From: a virus
Lineage: Duplodnaviria; Caudoviricetes
Direction: 5' to 3' (one strand)
Virus record (IMG/VR): IMGVR_UViG_3300028588_000015
Span: 128,001 to 192,000 of that record
Length of the DNA stretch: 64,000 nt
Every line of letters starts with the position of its first letter. Position 1 is the stretch's first letter. Under the pieces are notes generated by a model that was given only the letters and a program-made list of their open reading frames with translations, had not been told where the DNA came from and searched no databases. Of this stretch, positions 28,100 to 34,902 are shown in pieces. Both the position numbers and the translations under genes were made by a program.

Positions 28100-28563
28100 T
28101 GTCGCTCATGGAAGACATCCTCCACCGCGTGGATGACCGAGAACGCGTGATCGAGCGAATGGAGCGCTCGCCCGCGCTCAAGCAGCTGGTGGAAGATTAC
28201 CAGAAGTACACGCGGGACGACGCAACGTTGCACAACATCACCATGTTCACCACAGGTGCCGATTTGAAGATGGCAATTCGGCGCTTGGAACCTGACACCC
28301 AGTTGACGCTGCTCAAGAAGTACAGCGATACCATTCGTGGTGTGGTGCACGGCGAACCCTTGGGTCAAGTAGAAGAACGTCGCACTCGGCACTGGCTGAT
28401 TAAACTCTTCGGTGTGGTTGCATCGTCTATCCTACTGATCATGGTAACCGCCGTGGTGTCGGCAATGTTTCGGACCAACACTACTGCCAACACAAGTGTG
28501 ACCACCTCCATTTTTTCAACAATAGGAGAGATCGTTAAGTTGATCCTCCTCGGTACCAAGTAA
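28099..28563 (+). CDS. Membrane protein, possible holin
   Basis: Soluble N-terminus and two C-terminal hydrophobic segments; follows the spanin pair. Confidence 0.55.
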   Translation: MSLMEDILHRVDDRERVIERMERSPALKQLVEDYQKYTRDDATLHNITMFTTGADLKMAIRRLEPDTQLTLLKKYSDTIRGVVHGEPLGQVEERRTRHWLIKLFGVVASSILLIMVTAVVSAMFRTNTTANTSVTTSIFSTIGEIVKLILLGTK

Positions 28564-28578
28564 ACCCAAGGATTTCTT

Positions 28579-29211
28579 ATGTTACATAACCTTTCCCGGG
28601 AATTGCGCCTCGCCCTCGAAGACGTCGCGGACGGTAAGGCCCACCTCGAACAAGAGCACGTCCTCTACGCACGCTGCGTGGACTTCGCGTTCTTGAAAAA
28701 CGCGTCTAAGATGGAACACCACGAACAGTGGGAACTGAAGTATCCCAAAACCGAAGAGAACGCTGGTTCGATGCGGATTCGCGCCCGGAAGACAGTCAGG
28801 CCCGGCCTCGACCCGGAATACACCCAGACGTCGAAAACGATCGATCCCGAGACCAAGGGTAACAACGAAGTGACGTTGCCGATCACGGAAGCCCTGTTCC
28901 AACAATTCCGCATCGGCTCGACCAACGGCATGCGCAAGGACCGCTACTTCTTCCCGGTGGACGACGACAGTGGCCTGGTGTACGAAGTCGACATGTTCCT
29001 GAAACATGGCACCCAAGCCGGGGCGGAACAGTACTACGAGTGGTGCAAGATCGATCTTGAGGTCAACGACATGACGACGGCACTGCCGCCGCTGCCGCAA
29101 GGCTTCACGGACATCATTTCGGCACCGTTCGGCAAGCGCACGGACGCTGAAGAAGCCCGCGTCACGGCGCTGTACCATAACGAGTTCACTGCCAAGAACA
29201 TGTTCCTGTAA
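28579..29211 (+). CDS. CYTH-domain (triphosphate tunnel metalloenzyme) protein
   Basis: EQE, RIRARK, RKDRYFF, YEVDMF, IDLEV motifs; N-terminal leader ending in ALE. Confidence 0.75.
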   Translation: MLHNLSRELRLALEDVADGKAHLEQEHVLYARCVDFAFLKNASKMEHHEQWELKYPKTEENAGSMRIRARKTVRPGLDPEYTQTSKTIDPETKGNNEVTLPITEALFQQFRIGSTNGMRKDRYFFPVDDDSGLVYEVDMFLKHGTQAGAEQYYEWCKIDLEVNDMTTALPPLPQGFTDIISAPFGKRTDAEEARVTALYHNEFTAKNMFL

Positions 29212-29218
29212 GGATAAT

Positions 29219-29251
29219 AAAGGCCACCCACTACGGGTGGCCTTTATGACG
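29219..29251 (+). terminator. Hairpin with variant TATGACG
   Basis: aaggccaccc-actac-gggtggcctt-tatgacg. Confidence 0.75.
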
Positions 29252-29269
29252 GATTCAAAAAAACTATGG

Positions 29270-29280
29270 TCACATATACT
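29270..29280 (+). promoter_or_regulatory. Candidate early promoter, TCACATAT motif
   Basis: Second copy, heading the 29.3-33.2 kb accessory cluster. Confidence 0.45.
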
Positions 29281-29340
29281 TAGAAGGAATAAGAGCTGAT
29301 ACCTCTTTCCCATACCCCATTCTTAAGGAGAATAGCAACT

Positions 29341-29688
29341 ATGGCAAACACTATCAACCAAGCCGCTGTTACCGTCGCCAATCTGCTCGACGGTCTTCCT
29401 TGGGTGGATTCGATCGACTTCCTGACGGATGCCGAAGCCGCTGCTGACTACGTCAACATGCGCTCGGACGACGCCGCGAAGTTCGTCCAATCGATCGATT
29501 GGAAGAGTGCCTCGCATGACTGCGAAGTGACGAAAATTTACGGTGTTACCATCGTAAAACACGTCACCGAATCAGCTGGTCGCGTGTGGGGGCAACTGTT
29601 CAAGTACAAGGGTCTCGATGTCGTCGAGGAAAAGACCTTCGGGACTTTCGAGCAGTTTGTCGCCTACATGCTGGCCAGGTACTGGTAA
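29341..29688 (+). CDS. Hypothetical protein, domain Y only
   Basis: taaggag SD; C-terminus YGV.IV...WGQLF...TFEQFVAYMLARYW shared with 30690. Confidence 0.8.
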   Translation: MANTINQAAVTVANLLDGLPWVDSIDFLTDAEAAADYVNMRSDDAAKFVQSIDWKSASHDCEVTKIYGVTIVKHVTESAGRVWGQLFKYKGLDVVEEKTFGTFEQFVAYMLARYW

Positions 29689-29760
29689 GCAGTGCGAAGG
29701 AGGGGTGGCGCCCCTCCATTTCATCAATCAGGTTAACTAGCTTCTATGGAGAAACAAAAA

Positions 29761-30369
29761 ATGAACAACTACACCAACGACCACTTCATGACCCTGGAAC
29801 AAGTTCTGGGTAACGCAATCGCTAAGACTTGCTACGCTTACGATTACGAAGAACTGCGTTTCAATTGCCAAGACAAGTATCGTCGCGATGGCGCCGGCCC
29901 GCTGCGCGCTTACCGCTTGTCGTGCAACTACGCCCTGGCTTTGGATGAAGCCATTAAAACTCATCCGGAATTGCGTGACGAAGCCTATCACGCATGCAGT
30001 GGTTCGGACGTTGCTAAACTCGGCATGCGGGTGATCCAGCACGTGCCGGTCGACCGTAGCAGGGTCAATGCTTACGTCGAACTGCTGGAGCGCGTGTCCA
30101 ATACGAACATGGACCGCGCGCTGGACGACGATCGCATCATGGCCAAGCACAACGAAGCACTGGCCGAGTTGTCGAAGGCACGTGAATCGCATCCGATCTA
30201 CTTCTTGATCGGCGCGCTGTACAGCATGGTGCACTATGAAACCACCATCTGGAAACCGTCCCCGCACGGCAGCCGTACGCACGACCAAATCCAGCCGACC
30301 TTGGGTCGCCGCCTGCTGGATGAACTGCGCGTCCTGTGCGGACACGCATCGCGGCCTCTCGCTGCGTAA
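29761..30369 (+). CDS. Hypothetical protein
   Basis: ggag SD places the start at 29761; good codon bias. Confidence 0.78.
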   Translation: MNNYTNDHFMTLEQVLGNAIAKTCYAYDYEELRFNCQDKYRRDGAGPLRAYRLSCNYALALDEAIKTHPELRDEAYHACSGSDVAKLGMRVIQHVPVDRSRVNAYVELLERVSNTNMDRALDDDRIMAKHNEALAELSKARESHPIYFLIGALYSMVHYETTIWKPSPHGSRTHDQIQPTLGRRLLDELRVLCGHASRPLAA

Positions 30370-30430
30370 TACGTTGTGACCCAAGGGGAGGGGGTGAGTC
30401 CTCCCCAATAGTAGCTATGGAGAAACAGAA

Positions 30431-30598
30431 ATGAACAATGAAGAAAACAAAGAAGTGTCCGAAGAAAAGGTAAGTGTTGTTACTTATCAACACCGCTGTG
30501 GATACTGTGGCTCCACCGAGCCCTTGATTCCATACGAGCAGATGTTCGGCCCCGGTGCCATGGGGTGGGACTGCTGCCCTGACTGTGGTGGTGTTTAA
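30431..30598 (+). CDS. Small Zn-ribbon protein, 55 aa (not in ORF track)
   Basis: ggag SD; MNNEENKEVSEEKVSVVTYQHRCGYCGSTEPLIPYEQMFGPGAMGWDCCPDCGGV with CxxC...CxxC. Confidence 0.7.
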   Translation: MNNEENKEVSEEKVSVVTYQHRCGYCGSTEPLIPYEQMFGPGAMGWDCCPDCGGV

Positions 30599-30689
30599 TA
30601 ACTGATAACCAAGGGTTTATCGGCGAGGGCACTGCGCCCTCCTCGATGCATCTTTGCATCATTAACAAACTAAAAGGAAAATTGTAACT

Positions 30690-31412
30690 ATGAGTACAAA
30701 TATCAGCGAACAAACCCGTCGCAACATGATCGACCTCCTCGCCGTCATGCCCGGTGTGCTCACTAAAGATATTCCCGCTCACATGCACAGCATAGTAACG
30801 ACGCCGGGGTTCGATGAAGGCACCTATCGTCGCAACATCAACCTCAGCGATTGGACGCTCAGTCGTCACAATCGACAAATGGAAACCGATGTTCGCGACT
30901 GGTGGATCATGGGAGACCGCATGGGTGACTCGGCCGCCACGACTCTCGACATGTTCGTGCACTTCGAAGACGACACCTACAGCCAGCGCGTGATCGGCAG
31001 CGATGTCAATACGAATCGCATCTTGTGCCGCGATGGCAAGGTGTACCAGCTGGGCCGCCGCTTGGTGGCGCCGATCGAAGTTGCAGTCACGCGCGAGAAG
31101 CCTTTCGGTTTGCCGGTTGGCGCCGATCTGCTCGCAAGTAATGCATTGCTCGCCAAGAAGTACGTGGAACGTCGTCACCAAGAAGCCATGCAGTTCTTTA
31201 AGAGCCTGTCGTGGACCCCGTGGGCTTACTGTGGGTTCTCGGTCATGGCCGAAGTCTACGGCGTGCGCATCGTGCATGAGATGCAAGAAGGTTCGCTGCA
31301 TGCCGGCAAGACCTGGGGTGAACTGTTCTTCTTGAATGACAAGGACCGTGAACCGATCATCTTCCAGACGTTTGAGAATTTCCTCGCCTATATGCTGGCG
31401 AAAAACTGGTAA
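30690..31412 (+). CDS. Hypothetical protein, fusion of domains X and Y
   Basis: N-half resembles 31467 (NRILC.DG.VY.L.RR); C-half resembles 29341. Confidence 0.8.
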   Translation: MSTNISEQTRRNMIDLLAVMPGVLTKDIPAHMHSIVTTPGFDEGTYRRNINLSDWTLSRHNRQMETDVRDWWIMGDRMGDSAATTLDMFVHFEDDTYSQRVIGSDVNTNRILCRDGKVYQLGRRLVAPIEVAVTREKPFGLPVGADLLASNALLAKKYVERRHQEAMQFFKSLSWTPWAYCGFSVMAEVYGVRIVHEMQEGSLHAGKTWGELFFLNDKDREPIIFQTFENFLAYMLAKNW

Positions 31413-31421
31413 CACAAACCC

Positions 31422-31444
31422 GAGGGCTACGGCCCTCCTTTTTT
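31422..31444 (+). terminator. Intrinsic terminator
   Basis: gagggc-tacg-gccctc-cttttttt. Confidence 0.7.
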
Positions 31445-31466
31445 GATTATTTCTTATGGAGATCAC

Positions 31467-31925
31467 ATGGGTACCATGGATACGCACATTATGAAGGAAG
31501 AACAAAAGCGCATGATGGTCGACATCATCCGCGTCTACAAACATCACTCGGCAGCTGACGCCGAGTATTGGGGTGGCCTGCTGGTCGCCATTCCGGGCTT
31601 CAGCCTGTACTACTACCGTACCCATTTGCAGCTGGGCGAGCGCAGCATCTACCGCACCAATGCCCGTGCGGAAAACAAGCAGATGGACAAGATCATGCCG
31701 GTGGACTGGTACATCCCGAACCTGACCGAGGAGGTACGGATGGAGTACCTCCTCGACCGGCGCATATATTTGGTCGACGGTATTGTGACCGAACCCATTC
31801 TCGGCGTGGATGTATTGTTCAACCGCATTCTGTGCGGCGGCGGACAGGTGTATGAACTGCGCCGCCGCGTCGACCCGCCTAAGAAAGTGCTGACGGCGGC
31901 TTTGCTGCAAAAGCCGAACTCGTAA
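31467..31925 (+). CDS. Hypothetical protein, domain X only
   Basis: ggag SD; ILGVDVLFNRILCGGGQVYELRRRVDPP. Confidence 0.78.
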   Translation: MGTMDTHIMKEEQKRMMVDIIRVYKHHSAADAEYWGGLLVAIPGFSLYYYRTHLQLGERSIYRTNARAENKQMDKIMPVDWYIPNLTEEVRMEYLLDRRIYLVDGIVTEPILGVDVLFNRILCGGGQVYELRRRVDPPKKVLTAALLQKPNS

Positions 31926-31985
31926 TTTTGAATCACTGAGCAGTCTTCATCTCAATTAGTAACAATAAATAAAGGAAAAGAAATC

Positions 31986-32375
31986 ATGACCATCAACTTC
32001 AACAACAACATCCTCGGCACCATCGCGACCGTCCAGCTTGGCGAACCGAGCGACTCCTACTGGTGCCCGAACGCGCAAGTCCTGCTGCTGGCACCGGAAC
32101 CGAACTTCCACCGCCTGACCTTCCTCGGCCTGGCCAAAAAAGACAACGGTGACCTGCTGCTCCTTGAAGGACTGTCGCACAACCGCATGGCGGCCGTCCA
32201 GCCGGAAGAAGGATTGGGCGATCTGATTAGCTCCCGTGCAATGACTTTCAGTAACGGCCAATACCGCAAGTACTGCTCGGTGCAACGCCAACGCGACATC
32301 GACGATGCCGTGCACTTCCACCGCGCCGTGATCGAGAAACTGGAAGCCTTTTCGTACCTCACTAAAGTCAATTGA
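31986..32375 (+). CDS. Hypothetical protein
   Basis: aaggaaa SD; strong codon bias. Confidence 0.78.
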   Translation: MTINFNNNILGTIATVQLGEPSDSYWCPNAQVLLLAPEPNFHRLTFLGLAKKDNGDLLLLEGLSHNRMAAVQPEEGLGDLISSRAMTFSNGQYRKYCSVQRQRDIDDAVHFHRAVIEKLEAFSYLTKVN

Positions 32376-32391
32376 AAGGAAAATAGCCACT

Positions 32392-32784
32392 ATGAATACG
32401 CCAGCCAACATCATCCGTTTGCTCGACAACGGTAGCCTCAAAGACGTGCTCGAGTTGCAACGCCATAACACCGCCCATATGCTGGCCAAGTTGCATGTGC
32501 CTTTGACGCCAACGGAGATCGAAGAAATCGTCACCTACTTGGACGAAGAAATCGGTATCTGTCTGTCGCCGGTACAGGTGGAGCGCCTGTTCAACTTGTA
32601 TCCGGAGTACCGTGTGCGCATCATCGACGCAGGCATGGACACCGAAGCGCGCGAAGCCGTCAGCGGCGCTGTTGCCAAATTCTTCTTGAATTGCAAATGG
32701 CCGGCTTATGGCGACGGTATCGATTTCAACAAGTTCAACGCGGCGCTGCAACACGCGGTACCGCTCATGCGGCCGTTGCTGTAA
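32392..32784 (+). CDS. Hypothetical protein
   Basis: aagga SD; 130 aa ending in a WPAYGD motif. Confidence 0.75.
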   Translation: MNTPANIIRLLDNGSLKDVLELQRHNTAHMLAKLHVPLTPTEIEEIVTYLDEEIGICLSPVQVERLFNLYPEYRVRIIDAGMDTEAREAVSGAVAKFFLNCKWPAYGDGIDFNKFNAALQHAVPLMRPLL

Positions 32785-32826
32785 TTTCCCACAGGTTCAA
32801 TCGTAACTATCTAGGAGGAGAACATC

Positions 32827-33057
32827 ATGAGTCACTTGCAAAAAGGTTTCATCGCCAAAGCCAAAGCCAAGATGCACAAAGGTCCGCAACACATGTCCAA
32901 CGGCATGATCAAACGCGAAGCCACCAAGGTGGACGTCGTCGGGCCGATCGGCAGCAAGAAGAACCCGAAGAAGCGCACGCACGGCTGCGCATTCGCGCCG
33001 TACTGGATCAACTTCACGGCCTCCCCCAGCTACCTCCAATTCACCCTGAAAAAGTAA
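32827..33057 (+). CDS. Small Lys-rich basic protein
   Basis: aggagg SD; strong codon bias; many K, almost no acidic residues. Confidence 0.75.
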   Translation: MSHLQKGFIAKAKAKMHKGPQHMSNGMIKREATKVDVVGPIGSKKNPKKRTHGCAFAPYWINFTASPSYLQFTLKK

Positions 33058-33073
33058 GAAGGAAAAAGAAACT

Positions 33074-33211
33074 ATGAAAACGAAATTCACCGTACTGTTG
33101 TTGAAAGTGCTGTACTGGGTGGGCGCGGCCGACGTCAAGGCGACGATTGTCGTAGTCCCGCCTCTGCCCGGAAAACCGTTCATCCACACCGCGCGGCGCC
33201 GCTTGAAATAA
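33074..33211 (+). CDS. Small 45-aa hydrophobic/basic protein (not in ORF track)
   Basis: aagga SD; MKTKFTVLLLKVLYWVGAADVKATIVVVPPLPGKPFIHTARRRLK; ends at the terminator. Confidence 0.55.
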   Translation: MKTKFTVLLLKVLYWVGAADVKATIVVVPPLPGKPFIHTARRRLK

Positions 33212-33212
33212 A

Positions 33213-33264
33213 CGGCATAGAGCCCAGAGAGCTAACCACTCTCTGGGCTCTTTTTTTTTTGCCG
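33213..33264. terminator. Bidirectional terminator
   Basis: CGGCATA-gagcccagagag...ctctctgggctct-T10-gccg. Confidence 0.85.
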
Positions 33265-33268
33265 TTTT

Positions 33269-33985
33269 CTATGGATTCTTGTACATGTACGGCCTGTACT
33301 TGTCCATCCGGTTCAGGATACGCCCCGGGTACTTGCTGTTGATCTGGCAAAAAGATTCACCATACCCAGCTTGCTTCACATTGGACGCAGCGCATTGCTT
33401 TTCCAAATGCCCATCCCACACCCGGGGGTTGCAGTCGGCTTTGGTACGGCACATGCGAATGCGGGCTGAGAAACCACCCAAGCCGCCATTGTAAGCCGCA
33501 CCGTCGCACTTCTTCACATCAGTCAGGTTCGCCATCCACACCTTGCAAGAACGTTCGTTCTGCTTGAGTTTCAGGATCATGCCCCGCAATTGGAACCGCG
33601 CATTGTAACAGTCAGTCCAATTCCACGCTGCCAAGGACTTGTCCAGTCGCTTGGTCTCTTCCAGTGCATCGAAGCGCACACTCCCATTGGCATTGAAAGT
33701 CCGGGTGAATTGGCCAAAGCCGCAGCCGAATTCACGCGAAGTTTTCAATGTCGCTTTGAGCTTCCACAAACTCTCTTGCTCCACCAAACCTGCCGAGAAT
33801 TCCCGCATGTCCATGTCCGCCCAATAGGCGTCGATCTCTTCAACCAACACCGGCAGGTAGGTCGTCGCATCGTTCGGTAGCTTCACCGATGCTGCGTAGG
33901 CTTGGCCGATTGCCATGATGGTAGCAAATGCCAACCACAGCGATGTGATCAAAACGGGACGATTCTTCGCAATGTACGCTTTCAT
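33269..33985 (-). CDS. Lytic transglycosylase (SLT-like endolysin) with N-terminal signal peptide
   Basis: EQES catalytic Glu motif, G.GQF, AAYNGGLG; hydrophobic N-terminus ending AYA|A; ATGA overlap with the upstream gene. Confidence 0.82.
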   Translation of the reverse strand: MKAYIAKNRPVLITSLWLAFATIMAIGQAYAASVKLPNDATTYLPVLVEEIDAYWADMDMREFSAGLVEQESLWKLKATLKTSREFGCGFGQFTRTFNANGSVRFDALEETKRLDKSLAAWNWTDCYNARFQLRGMILKLKQNERSCKVWMANLTDVKKCDGAAYNGGLGGFSARIRMCRTKADCNPRVWDGHLEKQCAASNVKQAGYGESFCQINSKYPGRILNRMDKYRPYMYKNP

Positions 33986-34365
33986 TTCAGGAAGTCGCAC
34001 AGTTGCAGCAGGATCACCATGCGCACCACCCAGGTGAACTTGCTGGCCCAGTAGATATGGGCGGCGCCGATGGGGTCTTGCATGGCCTTCTTGGCGGCCG
34101 ACTGGATATCGACGCCCGGCTGGGTGGACATGCGAATCCAGAAGATCGACAGTTCGAGCCAGGTGAGGATCGCCACCGCCCGGAAGATGATCAGGATTTC
34201 CGGGTAACGGTCCGGCACGCTGCTGCCGTGAAACCGCGCCAGATCGATCAGAGTATCGAGAATACCCGTCGCGGTCAAAAGCAGGATACCCAGCACCAGC
34301 GAGCGCAGGAAAGCGCGCTGGAGAACTTGCCAGGTCTTGTCGTTGAAACTTTTCAGAATGGACAT
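33982..34365 (-). CDS. Multi-TM membrane protein coupled to the transglycosylase (holin/antiholin-like)
   Basis: 2-3 hydrophobic segments; translationally coupled to the SLT gene. Confidence 0.6.
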   Translation of the reverse strand: MSILKSFNDKTWQVLQRAFLRSLVLGILLLTATGILDTLIDLARFHGSSVPDRYPEILIIFRAVAILTWLELSIFWIRMSTQPGVDIQSAAKKAMQDPIGAAHIYWASKFTWVVRMVILLQLCDFLK

Positions 34366-34383
34366 TTTTATTTCCCTAGTTAA

Positions 34384-34418
34384 AATAAAAGAAGAGGAGA
34401 GGGCAGTTACCCTCTCCT
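34384..34418 (-). terminator. Terminator after the fibre operon
   Basis: aggagaggg-cagtta-ccctctcct with an A-rich tract on the left. Confidence 0.65.
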
Positions 34419-34425
34419 TACAGCG

Positions 34426-34902
34426 TTAACTGAGGTTGTGCGTCAAGATATACTTGTCGCCCAACTTAACTTCCAAGGTATCGAGGTCTTCCACGTTCAG
34501 TGCCACAAACGTTGTCGGTACATCGATCCTTTTCACACTAATGACTGGAATCAACTCGCGATTCATCGAGACAAACGCGTCACCGACCACCACATCGCCT
34601 GCTTCTTTCCAGCGGTAGACGTTGAGCGCTTTGTCGTACACGAAGTGCGTGTGCGTCAGCGTCGAATGCAATCCATTCAGTTTCACAGATTTATTTAACA
34701 CGAAGCGTTTGCACTGCCTCACCGAAGACACCTCGTTTACGCTCACGCGTGAAATGTTTTCTACCGTCCAGCTTTCCCAGTTATGTACACTGGAATCGAG
34801 CATGGTCGGTTCTGAGAAACTTGACACCATATCGCCTTCAACCAGATCGTCGACTAGGCGATCACCCAAAGGTGTATGCAGCACTGTCCCTAAGGCAAAA
34901 CA
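34426..34902 (-). other. Hint (intein-like/BIL) domain
   Basis: Block A CFALGTVLHTPLGDRLVDDLVEGD; block B LTHTHFV; W..A.D...GD; block F/G FVALNVEDLDT...ILTHN. Confidence 0.8.

Noticed and set aside
34426-34902. Canonical splicing intein or mobile element
   Set aside because: No endonuclease domain, no C-extein, and the +1 residue is Leu, so splicing is not supported
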